From an uncultured Methanoregulaceae archaeon (GTDB lineage Archaea; Halobacteriota; Methanomicrobia; Methanomicrobiales; Methanospirillaceae): a DNA stretch of 64,000 nucleotides. This document shows, piece by piece, positions 9,835 through 20,018 of this stretch. How positions within the stretch are numbered: position 1 is the first letter of the stretch; each line of letters opens with the position of its first letter. The position numbers were made by a program, and so were the translations under genes. The notes beneath the pieces are model-generated. The model was not told the origin of the DNA. It made no database searches and was given only the letters and a program-made list of their open reading frames with translations. The stretch is taken from NCBI GenBank assembly GCA_963705255.1, contig OY970061.1, positions 1,792,001 through 1,856,000 on the forward strand, written 5' to 3'.

Positions 9835-10287
9835 CTATTTCCGGAGGAATTCAGCGAGCCCGACCAGCTGGGGAAGATCTTCGGATTTCTGCCCCGCCGA
9901 TTCCAGCACGCACTCTTCGACGAAGATGGGGACATCCGCGCGGAGGGCGATCGCGATCCCGTCGCTCGGGCGGCAGTCGATATATTCCTCGTGGTTATTG
10001 GTCACGAGCACGAGCTGGGCATAGTAGACCCCGTCCTCGATACTGTCGATCTGCAGGAACCGCAATGCGATGGAGAATTTTTCACACAGGTCGAGGAAGA
10101 GGTCATGGGTGAACGGCCTTGGCAGGACCTCCCTGTTCCGGGCGCTGTTGATGGAGATTGCCTCCCAGATGCCGATAAAGATCGGCAGGACACGGTCGCT
10201 GCCGTCCGAGAGTACGACAAGGGGGACTGTTGCCGAATCGCTGACTGCGACAAATACTCCTCTGACCTCGCACCGGATCTGCGCCAT
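9835..10287 (-). CDS. Bifunctional nuclease family protein (DUF151)
   Basis: LPIFIGIWEA, RPFTHDL, DCRPSDGIAIALR. Confidence 0.88.
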   Translation of the reverse strand: MAQIRCEVRGVFVAVSDSATVPLVVLSDGSDRVLPIFIGIWEAISINSARNREVLPRPFTHDLFLDLCEKFSIALRFLQIDSIEDGVYYAQLVLVTNNHEEYIDCRPSDGIAIALRADVPIFVEECVLESAGQKSEDLPQLVGLAEFLRK

Positions 10288-10344
10288 GCCGTGGAGAGTG
10301 ATTGCCTTTATCGAAGATAAGAGTTCGGTATCTCCCCGGCAGGC

Positions 10345-11363
10345 TTATTCACCGGCTTTTGCCTCCCTGCGGACGATGATGATGCTGGAGAGGATGCCAA
10401 GCGCGATATTGAAATAATAGAGTACTATCCGCCAGATAACAACGAATATCCCGACGATGGATGCGGGTATGAAGAGGGCGTACATCGATGTCGCGCCCAC
10501 CTCCGCAATGCCGGAACTTCCCGGTGTCAGCGGGATCATCATCAGGATAGCGAGGATCAGCTGGATCACGAACGACTCGAAAATGAGCGGGGGCTGTCCA
10601 AGCCCGACGAGGATGAGGGATGCGGTGATGATCTCCGAGACCCAGTAGAGGAGGGTGAAGAGCATCCCCCATAAAAGCCCGCTTTTGGCGGTCCTCACGA
10701 ACCGGATGACCGCCTCGTTGAAATTGTCGATCTCCTTGTCCGCCCTTTCCAACAGTTCCTCCACCTTGTCCCTGTCCCATTTCTTTGTCAGAAAGCGGGC
10801 ACTGCGGTTCACGACTCTCTTGACAACATCCGGGCGCCGGACTGCAAGGTAGAAGAGGAACAGGCACCCGGCAACAAAGATCCAGGTGACATAGACCATC
10901 ACCGTCGAAATTGCCCCGAGGCTGTTCCACTGTTCCGTCAGCACGATCATGGCAAACGCGGCAAGGGCTGCAAGCGCGATACCGTCAAGAACCCGTTCCA
11001 TGATCACGACCGCTGTCGCGTCGCCGATCGGGACATTTGCCTTGTACAGCTCATGGATCCGTACCGGTTCCCCCCAGCCTGGGCCGGCGTGACCGCCGCG
11101 GCGAGCAGGTTTGCAAAGACAAGGTTCAGGCTGTAAAAAAACCCTATATGATACCCAAGGGAACCGGACATCTTCTTGACCCGCATTGCCCAGAAGCACA
11201 TGGTCAGGATGTGGGTAAGAAAAGCAAGGAGGAGAAACAACGGGTTGATCTCCCGGAGGTAATGGAGGGTGTTCTGGTTGATGGTAAGATACAGGATTAC
11301 CACGAGGACGAGGAGGGAGAAACCGACAGAAACATAGAGCCATCTCCGCTGCGATTTTTCCAT
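10345..11363 (-). CDS. UPF0104 / lysylphosphatidylglycerol-synthase TM-domain (flippase-like) protein, frameshifted near 11072
   Basis: VTPAQAGGEPVR, ERVLD, PLTPGSSGIAE, WRIVLYY. One base is missing in the run at 11070-11075. Confidence 0.82.
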
Positions 11364-11466
11364 TGGTTTCACCCCGTAAATGAGAGCTTGCAGCCCGTCA
11401 ATGCCGGTTATCTTTGGAAGTTATTGTGCATAGTATTAACGCTTTTATGGAAAAAGGTGCCGGGGG

Positions 11467-12357
11467 TTATTTCCCGATCCTGACCAGCATCTCTTCGAGG
11501 GACGGGTACCGTGACTCGATCTTCTCCACCCTGCCGCCCGCTTCCGTGATGACTGCCGTGCACTCATTGAGCCCGGTCATGTCCTCCGCCTCGCAGATAA
11601 AGAACCCTTCTTCCTGCCGGTAGGGTTTCGAGTGGCCGTGCATCTTCCCAGGGTCATCGATGGAGAAGAAGACCGCATAGGTGATCGAGCCGAACTGTTC
11701 GCGGAGTTCCTTCATGCTCCCGAAGGCGACCATCCTGCCGCGCCTGAGGATCATCACCTTGTCGCAGATCGCCTCCACCTGGTAGAGGTTGTGGGCCGAG
11801 AGCACGATGGTCTTGCCGTCCTCCTTAAGCCTGCGCAGGTAATCGGCTATGAACCGGGACGTCATCGGGTCGAGCCCGCTGGTCGCTTCGTCGTAGACCA
11901 GGAACGTGGGGTCGTGGATGAGCGAGCGGGCTATCGCGGCCTTCCGCTTCATGCCCTTTGAGAACTCACCGATCTTCTTGCCATTGGTCTCGAGCGAGAG
12001 CGCCGCGAAGAGCTGGTTCGAGCGGACCCGGATCTCCTGCGGGGAGAGCCCGTAGATCTCGCCGAAGAAGGCCAGATAGCTCTCGGCCGTCATGGTCTCG
12101 TAGAGCCGGGATTCCTCGGGCAGGTAGCCGAGGTTCTCCTTGAGGGCGGCCGGGTTCTTTACCACGTCGATATCGTTGATGAACAGTTCCCCAGACGAGG
12201 GGGTGATCAGGCCGGATACGATCTTGAGGAGCGTGGTCTTGCCTGCGCCATTGTGGCCGATGATCCCGAAGATCTCGCCGTCCTCGAACTCGAAACTGAC
12301 GCCGTCGAGCGCCATGAAACCGTCAAAGTCCTTTGCCACGTTGCGGGCAGTGATCAT
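11467..12357 (-). CDS. ABC transporter ATP-binding protein
   Basis: Walker A GHNGAGKTT, signature FSKGMKRK, Walker B LVYDE. Confidence 0.92.
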   Translation of the reverse strand: MITARNVAKDFDGFMALDGVSFEFEDGEIFGIIGHNGAGKTTLLKIVSGLITPSSGELFINDIDVVKNPAALKENLGYLPEESRLYETMTAESYLAFFGEIYGLSPQEIRVRSNQLFAALSLETNGKKIGEFSKGMKRKAAIARSLIHDPTFLVYDEATSGLDPMTSRFIADYLRRLKEDGKTIVLSAHNLYQVEAICDKVMILRRGRMVAFGSMKELREQFGSITYAVFFSIDDPGKMHGHSKPYRQEEGFFICEAEDMTGLNECTAVITEAGGRVEKIESRYPSLEEMLVRIGK

Positions 12358-12558
12358 GGTTGGCCGCCTTACCGATCAGACTTGCTCCGGTATGGTGATA
12401 TACATTGCCATGGGGACAGGTTTTTACACCCCCGTGTCCACCGGCACCGATGGGTTTTTGATGGATACCCGGTATTATTCTGTACCCAGCCTTGCACGCT
12501 GCCCCGGCCCGGGAATGGCAGGAGCAGCAGACTGCGGGCATCACGGAGAATACCGGTC

Positions 12559-14367
12559 ATGGGCATGCTTGCCGACATTGCCACTATCGCGCGGTGGGAA
12601 GTGAAGAAGTCCTTCTCGCTCATGGGACGGAACGTCCTGCCGGTTGCCGTGATATTTTTCGTGCTCCTCGTGCTCGTGACCGGTTTTACCGCCCAGACCG
12701 GCCTCCACCTGCAGGACGGGATGTACACGGTAGGTGTCGATGACCCGCAGGTCGGGGCACTCCTTGCAAGCGACGCCCGGTTCTCTGTCTATGTCATGGA
12801 CGCCCCGTCCCTGTCCGCACACCGCGACCAGTTCGACGTCATCGTGGTCCAGGGCAGGGCAGCCGGGAGCGGGACCGAGAAGGCGAACTCGGCCCTCAAC
12901 ACGCTCTCGCGGGGCTATGCAAAGTACGTCAACAGCGTCTACGACAGCGAGAGCGATCTCTTCGCAGCCTATCCCCTCTGGATCGATACCCAGAGCGTGA
13001 CGAGCGAACTCACGTTCCTCTCCACCCAGAGCGGCCAGTACGTGAGCGCTGCCCCGGGGCGGGCTCCCCCGGTGCCGACCGGTGTCGTGCAGAACGTCCC
13101 CACCCCGTCGCCGACCCTCTCGGTGACCGAGGACCAGCTCAGGCAGGAACTCGTGCAGTCCAATACCCAGAACACGCAGATCTCGCGGTACACGGACGTC
13201 CTGTCCTCCGGCAACCCGGCGATGGGCACCTTCAAAACCCCGTCCCAGCTCTCGCCTCCCCTGCCCTTTGACTCGATCATCCTCGTCTTCGTCTTCATCT
13301 TCCCGCTCTACTTCACCTCCCAGTTCTTCATGATGAGCATCATGAACGAGAGGATCGAGCGCAAAGGTGAGGTCCTGCTCTCAACCCCGGTCAGGACTGC
13401 CTCCATCATCCTCGGCAAGATGCTCCCGTACTTCCTCGGCATGGCCGCCATCTGTGCCGGGCTCACCCTCTACCTGAAGGCATCGCCCCTCATCCTGCTC
13501 CCGCTCATCCCGATCATCTTCTTCTTCCTCGCAAATGCCCTCCTGATCGGCATGCTTTCCAGGAGTTTCAAGGAACTCTCGTTCATCTCGATCTTCTTCT
13601 CGACTGTGGCCACCTCCTACCTCTTCTTCCCCAGTATCTTCGCAAACGTCCACATCATCAGCCTCATCTCCCCGCTCACCCTCATCGTCCTCACCCTGCA
13701 GGGCACGGCATGGACTGCGACGGACTACCTGTACTCCACCTCGCTCTTCTGGCTGACGAGCGCCATCCTCTTCTATATCGCGGCAAAGAACTTCAAGGAA
13801 GAGCGGCTCTTCTCCGAGAAGCGGCTGCTGACCCGCGCCCGGGAGTTCCTCTCGGAGATCCTGCCGCGGGAGCACCCGTTCCTCTCGCTCTTCCTCCTTG
13901 CCGGCTTCTCCATCCCCTTCGTCTTCATGGTGCAGATGATGTGCCTCGTCCTCTTCTTCAACCTGCCCATGCCCTGGTCGCTCGTCTTCCTGCTCCTCTT
14001 CGCGGCGCTCATCGAGGAGATCGCAAAAGGGATCGGGATCTATACCCTCTTTGTCAGGAACCCCGCATTCTTCACATGGAAGAACCTCGCCCTTGCCTGC
14101 GGGGCGACCGCCCTCGGGTTCCTTGCGGGAGAGAAACTACTCCTCTTCGTCACGCTCTCGCAGATCTCCGACTCGGTCTTCGGCAGCATCCTCTTCCTCT
14201 CGCTCGGGTCCCTCTGGCTCCCGTTCCTCCTCCACTTCGGTTGCGTGCTGATCGTTGCCTGCTGCCTGAAATACGGGGGGAGGAGATGGTTCGTCCCGGG
14301 CCTCCTCATCGCGATGCTCGTGCACTGCCTTTATAACCTCTATTTCATCCTGGGGTGGCTCTCGTGA
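12559..14367 (+). CDS. ABC-2 type permease fused to a C-terminal PrsW-family intramembrane protease
   Basis: IARWEVKK, SIMNERIERKGEVLLSTP, IILGKMLP (ABC-2). C-terminal ALIEEIAK...LLH...VHCLYN (PrsW motifs). Confidence 0.75.
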   Translation: MGMLADIATIARWEVKKSFSLMGRNVLPVAVIFFVLLVLVTGFTAQTGLHLQDGMYTVGVDDPQVGALLASDARFSVYVMDAPSLSAHRDQFDVIVVQGRAAGSGTEKANSALNTLSRGYAKYVNSVYDSESDLFAAYPLWIDTQSVTSELTFLSTQSGQYVSAAPGRAPPVPTGVVQNVPTPSPTLSVTEDQLRQELVQSNTQNTQISRYTDVLSSGNPAMGTFKTPSQLSPPLPFDSIILVFVFIFPLYFTSQFFMMSIMNERIERKGEVLLSTPVRTASIILGKMLPYFLGMAAICAGLTLYLKASPLILLPLIPIIFFFLANALLIGMLSRSFKELSFISIFFSTVATSYLFFPSIFANVHIISLISPLTLIVLTLQGTAWTATDYLYSTSLFWLTSAILFYIAAKNFKEERLFSEKRLLTRAREFLSEILPREHPFLSLFLLAGFSIPFVFMVQMMCLVLFFNLPMPWSLVFLLLFAALIEEIAKGIGIYTLFVRNPAFFTWKNLALACGATALGFLAGEKLLLFVTLSQISDSVFGSILFLSLGSLWLPFLLHFGCVLIVACCLKYGGRRWFVPGLLIAMLVHCLYNLYFILGWLS

Positions 14368-15442
14368 AGGCAAAACACCTGTCCATCATTGCAAAGAAGG
14401 AATTCCGCGGACTATTCAACGAGCGGACGATCCTCCTGGCCGTTCTCCTCCAGCTCTTCATCGCCCTCTTCTCCTCGTTCCTGATGGTCGGGCTCACCTC
14501 GATGTACGACCCGTCATCGCTCTCCCGGGTACCTCCCACTTCCGGTACAATGTCGCTTACGCGGGCAACGATTCCGATGTGCTGGTCTCCCTCCGCACAA
14601 GCCCGGACTTCCGGGTCTATAAGATGGACCTCTCCACGGCAGTGGCTGCTCTCGGGCAGCGAAAGCTGGCGGCGGTGATCTATGTGCCCGATACCCGGCC
14701 GGACGCTGCGGACCCGGTCAAGATCACCCTCTACACGCTGGAGAACGATCTCCAGAGCGCCATTGTCGATGTGAAACTCAAGGATGTTTTCCTGAGATAC
14801 GAGAGCACCCTGCGGCAGGTCCGGGCGGACCGGCTCGACGAGCGGCCGCTCCCGCTCCAGGTCCCGTCATCGACCGGCGGCGACTTTTACGAGTTCGTGT
14901 ACGGCCTGCTGATCCCGCTCCTGGTCTTCATGCCGGCGATCATCTCTTCCGCTCTCGTCATCGACCTGATCACCGAGGAGTACCAGCACGAGACGCTCGA
15001 GACGCTCGTATCCACGCCGGTCACCTTCACCGAGATGGTCTGGGGGAAAGTGCTTGCCTGTGAACTCCTCGTGCCCATCCAGGCGGGCGCATGGCTGGTC
15101 CTCCTGATGATCAACGGCATCGCCATCCAGAACCCGGGCCTGATCCTCCTCAACGTGGTCGTCACTTCGCTCATCCTCATCCTCCTCGGGACCCTGACCG
15201 CCCTCCACTACCGCGAGCGGACGGCAGCCCAGTTCATCTTCTCGACGGGGCTGGTGATCGTCATCCTCCTCTCTCTCGCCCTGCCTTCGAACCCGCTCAA
15301 CCTCCTCGCCCGGCTCGCGGTCGGCTCTGCGGGCCCGGAGCAGTGGGTCGTGCTCGGCATAACCACCGTGGTGCTCCTCGTGCTCGGGTATACGACCCAG
15401 AAATACGCGGAAAAGATCGCGGGATCGGCCCACGCAGGATAA
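14355..15442 (+). CDS. ABC-2 type permease, frameshifted near 14530
   Basis: IAKKEFRG, LITEEYQHETLETLVSTP, WGKVLA. Reading CGGGTACCTCC as CGGTACTCC restores LSRYSHFRYNVAY. Confidence 0.8.
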
Positions 15443-15461
15443 ATCTGAAGACTGCCGGGAC

Positions 15462-15941
15462 TTACATGGAGGGAAGAACCAGCGGGCGGTCGATGACTTT
15501 GTAGGTCCTGCCGGCGCTCGTGACGAACACCTCGGCCCGGTCGTTGCCCCGGGTCCCTTCCATCACCAGCTCGTCCCCACGCTGCGGTTTCCTGCTGCCA
15601 TTATCCATGTATTCCTCGGTGACCTGCCCATTGGAGCGGGTGACCCTCATCATGATGCTCTGGACAGCGATCTCGCCTTTTCCTCCGTTGTAGAGGAGGT
15701 GGATCGAGGAATCCGGGCGTTCCTTTGAGAGCTCGAGGCTGACATACTGCTCCTCGGGCAGGGTCTCGACAGGCACCGGTGTTGATACGACGGATGCGGC
15801 TGATGCTGGCAGGGATGACGGCGTTGGCGTGAGGGTGATCACCACAGGCGTGATCCCGTCCTGGGTCGGGCTGGTGCACCCGGCAGAGAGCGCACACAGA
15901 ACCAGGCCGAACACGACGGTGAAGAGGAGGAGATAGTTCAT
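15462..15941 (-). CDS. Hypothetical lipoprotein
   Basis: Signal peptide with lipobox-like SAGC followed by a Thr/Pro linker. Confidence 0.7.
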   Translation of the reverse strand: MNYLLLFTVVFGLVLCALSAGCTSPTQDGITPVVITLTPTPSSLPASAASVVSTPVPVETLPEEQYVSLELSKERPDSSIHLLYNGGKGEIAVQSIMMRVTRSNGQVTEEYMDNGSRKPQRGDELVMEGTRGNDRAEVFVTSAGRTYKVIDRPLVLPSM

Positions 15942-16137
15942 GAAGAGATCTGGTATTGTTCATATTACTGATTTGTGCTCCGGTCTCCTTCCACCCTAGA
16001 CGTTCGGGAACCACGGTTCCCGGCGCAGAGCCGTACCGGCATCCGCGGGTCCCGGGAAAAATCCGTTAAAAAACAGGAAAGAACAGTTAAATTAAAAAGG
16101 ACACCCGGATTAAGTTTACATATCAGGAGTAAATGGA

Positions 16138-16743
16138 ATGTTCTGTCCAAAATGTGGAAAAGAGACTGATGCTTCCGGGAAATTCTGCCAGTGGTGCGGG
16201 ACTGATATTGAATCAATTCCGGCAAAACCCGTCGCCACTCCTGAAGAGGACGAGGGGCCCGAGATCGGGGTGTATGCGGGGCTGGGCAGGCGCTTTATCG
16301 CATTCATTGTGGATATGATTCTCGTCCTTCTCTCGGGAGGGATCGTCATCGCATTCTTCTCCCTGACCAACGGCCTGAAATATGCCTATTTCATGACGGT
16401 CAGCGGGGTCAGTTACCATGACATCACCGAGGCAGGTACCCTTGATGCGGCACTTGCGCCGGTGGTTGCCGCATTCGGTATGCTGATCATCGTTGTCCCG
16501 TGGCTGTACTTCGCCGGGTTCGAGTCCTCCCGCAGTCAGGCTACCCCCGGGAAAGTACTCATGGGCCTGAGGGTGACCGATATGGATGGGAACAAACCGG
16601 CGGTCGCACGGACGACACTCCGGTTCTTCGGGAAATTCATATCGACCCTGATCATCTTTATCGGGTTCCTGATGATCGGGTTTACGAAAAAGCACCAGGG
16701 TCTCCACGACAAAATTGCCGGCACGGTTGTCCTGCTGGACTAG
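16138..16743 (+). CDS. RDD-family membrane protein with N-terminal zinc ribbon
   Basis: MFCPKCG...FCQWCG; RRFIAFIVD, ATPGK, LHDKIAGTVV. Confidence 0.88.
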   Translation: MFCPKCGKETDASGKFCQWCGTDIESIPAKPVATPEEDEGPEIGVYAGLGRRFIAFIVDMILVLLSGGIVIAFFSLTNGLKYAYFMTVSGVSYHDITEAGTLDAALAPVVAAFGMLIIVVPWLYFAGFESSRSQATPGKVLMGLRVTDMDGNKPAVARTTLRFFGKFISTLIIFIGFLMIGFTKKHQGLHDKIAGTVVLLD

Positions 16744-16953
16744 GCACCTCAATAGAATACTTTTTTTAATTTTTTCCTGCGCTGTTCACGGCTGAATATT
16801 CCCGTACTCTTTTCAGGCTTTTGAGAAATCCTGTTTGGATAATTCAAAAGATCTGGCGTTATAACGAGGGAATTGCTGGCTCGGAAGAAATCATATTTTT
16901 CAATAAATCAGCTTACTATTTCAGATGATTATGAGAATGACCCCTCACTTACG

Positions 16954-17098
16954 TCGAAGAACTCTGATGAGTTCTTCTTATCCTCGAGGTCCTGATGAAC
17001 CTCTTCGAAAATCGAAGAATCCTTGCGGATTCTTCTCCAGTCAATCCTCGCTGACGCGACGATTGACTCCTCGGAGAGGCCCTGATGCGGGGGCTCTC
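16954..17098. repeat. Array of five short hairpins (REP-like element family, copy A)
   Basis: GAAGAACTC-TGAT-GAGTTCTTC, GAGGTCC-TGAT-GAACCTC, GAAGAATCC-TTGC-GGATTCTTC, AGTCAATC..GATTGACT, GAGAG..CTCTC. 38/41 identical to the reverse complement of 29611-29651. Confidence 0.75.
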
Positions 17099-17224
17099 GT
17101 ACCTAAACGATTTTCATAGTTCTGAAGTGATCACGATTTAATTCATGTTCTTTTCTGCAGAATTCTTTTTTCCATCTCCTACTGCATCCCACAAGCCTGA
17201 TACCGTGTTCCCGTTAAAACCAGG

Positions 17225-17482
17225 TCACTTGTACCGGATCTTCAGGCCGAGCAGGACGATAACCAGGACAAACGTGATCAGGTTGGCGGAGATGATGGGC
17301 ATGGAGGCGACCCAGAGACCATAGACCGTCCAGAAAAGGATGCCGATACCGAAGAGCACGAGCATGGCAAGCGAGAGGTCCCGGGTCTCCCCCAGCTTCC
17401 AGGCCTTCACCACCTGCGGGACAAATGCGATCGTGGTGAGAGCTCCGGCAAGATAGCCGACGAGTCCGATTGTGTCCATCAT
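17225..17482 (-). CDS. SemiSWEET / PQ-loop transporter
   Basis: LTTIAFVPQVVK, TRDLSL, WTVYG, PIISAN; three TM segments. Confidence 0.88.
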   Translation of the reverse strand: MMDTIGLVGYLAGALTTIAFVPQVVKAWKLGETRDLSLAMLVLFGIGILFWTVYGLWVASMPIISANLITFVLVIVLLGLKIRYK

Positions 17483-17565
17483 AAGCCTCCGGAATTATTG
17501 ATCCTGAACTGATTTATACCGTTGGCGTGCCCGGACCCGGTCTGCCGGGGGCTGTCCGGCAGCTT

Positions 17566-17988
17566 TCATCCCGTGACAGGCTCGGACGAGAACTGGTCGG
17601 CGACAACCAGCCACCGCCCCTTTTCCTTTACCAGGAAGAACATGTCACGGCCCTCTATGGCCTGCACCTGCCCGCCCGTTTCGAACCTGATCGTGAACAG
17701 ATAGGTTGCAACCGCACATTTTCCCGAAGCGAAGATCTGCACGTGATGATCCCTCTCACTCCATGACTGGATCTTCGCTGCCGCTGCAAAATCCCGCCAC
17801 CCGGCAACATAGGCCTCCTTTCCTTCCAGCCGGCCGGGCGCAGACGGTACGATCGCTACGGCGCCGGTATGGATATACGACCGGAATTCCTCTTCGTTCC
17901 ACGATCCGGTCCATGCCCGGTTCATCTTCCGGATGGTTGTGATAATTTCGCGGGTCAGTGCTGCGTCATCCATAACAGTTCCCATCAT
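17566..17988 (-). CDS. NTF2-like / SnoaL-like (DUF4440) protein
   Basis: Typical size and pattern; GRDMFFLVKEKGRWLVV. Confidence 0.75.
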   Translation of the reverse strand: MMGTVMDDAALTREIITTIRKMNRAWTGSWNEEEFRSYIHTGAVAIVPSAPGRLEGKEAYVAGWRDFAAAAKIQSWSERDHHVQIFASGKCAVATYLFTIRFETGGQVQAIEGRDMFFLVKEKGRWLVVADQFSSEPVTG

Positions 17989-18060
17989 ACCAAGGGAGCG
18001 CCAGCTCAAAAAGCCCCCGGGTGCATGGCGCGAAAGTGTTGGTGAAAATGCCGGGGCGGA

Positions 18061-18660
18061 TCAGGCAACGGGGGGAAAAGTCCTGCGGGCGATCTTCCGA
18101 ACCTCGGCAAGCCATGCCCGCCGCTGGTCGTCAGTGCTGGTGACCATGACCCCGAACATCTTCCGGTGACAGGCAGGGATGCCGCAGAAGGAGACGATGC
18201 AGTCCTTCCAGATCCGTTCGAGGGGATCGCCGAACACGTCCAACTCCCGCCTGTGGGGGGTGTTGGACGTATTGAAGACCAGTACCGCCCGGGCATGGAG
18301 AAGACCATCCGGGATGCCTTCACCGGAATCCGTTTCGCTGAAACGGTACACGACACCGGGACGGAGCACGCGGTCCACCCAGCCCTTCAGGACTGCCGGT
18401 GGCATCCCCCACCAGTCCGGGTGGACGAAGACAATCCCGTCGGCTTCCGCGATCTCCCGGCAGTGCAATGCGACAGCAGCGGGGAGCACGGCACCCCGGG
18501 GGATCTCTTCGCAGGGCAGCATCGGGTCGAACTTTTCTGCATACAGGTCATGGAACAACACCTCATGGCCCGCTTCCGCGAGGGTGTCAGCGGCAGTCCC
18601 GGCTATGGCGTGGTTGAAACTCCCGGGGCAAGGGTGGGCGAGGATAATGGATATTCTCAT
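18061..18660 (-). CDS. NAD(P)H-dependent oxidoreductase (flavodoxin-like fold)
   Basis: ILAHPCPGSFNHA, DLYAEKFDP, PDWWGMPPAVLKGWVDRV. Confidence 0.9.
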   Translation of the reverse strand: MRISIILAHPCPGSFNHAIAGTAADTLAEAGHEVLFHDLYAEKFDPMLPCEEIPRGAVLPAAVALHCREIAEADGIVFVHPDWWGMPPAVLKGWVDRVLRPGVVYRFSETDSGEGIPDGLLHARAVLVFNTSNTPHRRELDVFGDPLERIWKDCIVSFCGIPACHRKMFGVMVTSTDDQRRAWLAEVRKIARRTFPPVA

Positions 18661-19484
18661 GGACCGGTCCTGCGGGGGTACTTTCGTGCGGTCGCCTTGA
18701 AGAACGTGTAACAGAAGACGCCGTCCGGTTCGCAGGTGCGGTAGAGAGCCCGGATGCCCCGATCCCACGCTTCCCTCTCCATCAGCCCCTGCTTCAGCAC
18801 TTCGTCCCGGACACCTTCGACCATGGCGGTGAACGTCTGTTTCGTAAAACCTTCCACAAGGGCCGGGCGGGAAGAGTCCACGTACACCATGCGTGGTGAG
18901 ACGTGGACGTCTCGGTATCCAGCATCCAGGAGGAGGGGATAGAGCTCTCTCCCTACCAGCGCATTGCCGCCGATGTCCTGCTGGAGCCTGACGAGGCACC
19001 CGACAGCCTCATGAGCATCGGCATTGTCAGGGTGGAAAAACGTTGACCCGTGATCCCCTTCGATGACCGTGATCGTGCCACCGTCTTTCAGGAACGGGCG
19101 GAGCTGCCTGAGCGCACGCCCGGGGTCTGCAAGGTGTTCGAGCACGAAACAAACGAAGATGTGGTCGAAACTCCCGGGTGGAAACGGAAGGCTGTAGATG
19201 TCCCCAACCCGGAACGTGACATTGGTGATCCCTTCATTCCGGATACGTGCTTCCGCCCCCCGTATCGATTCCGGCGAGATATCGACCGAGGTTATCACGG
19301 CACCGGGGCTGTTCCGTGCAAGGATGACGGTCTGGGCCCCGATCCCGCACCCGGCTTCCAGCACCTGAGAGCCCGCGGGGTAGCGGGTGTCATCGTGCAG
19401 GAGGGCAGTAAGGGCTCCCGCCTGGTCCGACAGGCGCTCCGATTCGCGGGTGGAATAACCGTGGACATAGCGGTTTTCGGGCAT
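18657..19484 (-). CDS. Class I SAM-dependent methyltransferase
   Basis: VLEAGCGIG, SVDIS, FDHIFVCFVLEHL, LKDGG. Confidence 0.88.
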   Translation of the reverse strand: MPENRYVHGYSTRESERLSDQAGALTALLHDDTRYPAGSQVLEAGCGIGAQTVILARNSPGAVITSVDISPESIRGAEARIRNEGITNVTFRVGDIYSLPFPPGSFDHIFVCFVLEHLADPGRALRQLRPFLKDGGTITVIEGDHGSTFFHPDNADAHEAVGCLVRLQQDIGGNALVGRELYPLLLDAGYRDVHVSPRMVYVDSSRPALVEGFTKQTFTAMVEGVRDEVLKQGLMEREAWDRGIRALYRTCEPDGVFCYTFFKATARKYPRRTGP

Positions 19485-19796
19485 ACGATCTTCAATGTTC
19501 CGGGATGGTGATCCGCAGGCAGGAACCTGCCATACAGAATTGCCGTACAAACTTGGTATTCAATGCACAAAAATGTGCTGTGTTGTTGGGATACCAGACC
19601 CAGGATAATTATGATCTTTCCGAGGCCGGACAGGATGGAAAACGGGATGATTGAGACGTTAATAAAGCAGGTTTTCCAAAAAATTACTGGGACCAGGTTC
19701 CCATTGCTTTCAAGGGCCAGTTACTGATAGTAATTGTTGCCTTATGATTATCATACAATTCGATGAAACCAAGATTTTAATTGTTGAGTAAAAGAA

Positions 19797-19869
19797 GGCC
19801 AGGGCCGAGATTCGAACCCGGGTCGGAGGATCCACAGTCCTCTAGGATAACCAACTACCCTACCCTGGC
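19797..19869 (-). tRNA. tRNA-His(GTG)
   Basis: Cloverleaf GCCAGGG...GAGGA-CT-GTG-GA-TCCTC...GGTTCGAATC...CCCTGGC-C. Confidence 0.95.
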
Positions 19870-20018
19870 AGATGTCCCTTTTACATTGATTCCGGACTCT
19901 GATTAATGTATCCTTGCAAAACCCGGCTCCGCGCTGCCGGCCGGCGCCGGACCATGCAACTGCCATCTGCGGTCAGGGTGATAATTAATAGGGTCAGACA
20001 TCCATTAGATATCAGGTG

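Noticed and set aside
16964-17010. CTGATGA...GAAA resembling a hammerhead ribozyme core
   Set aside because: CTGATGA sits at the apex of its own hairpins, and I could not build stems I-III with a GAAA/UH in hammerhead geometry.
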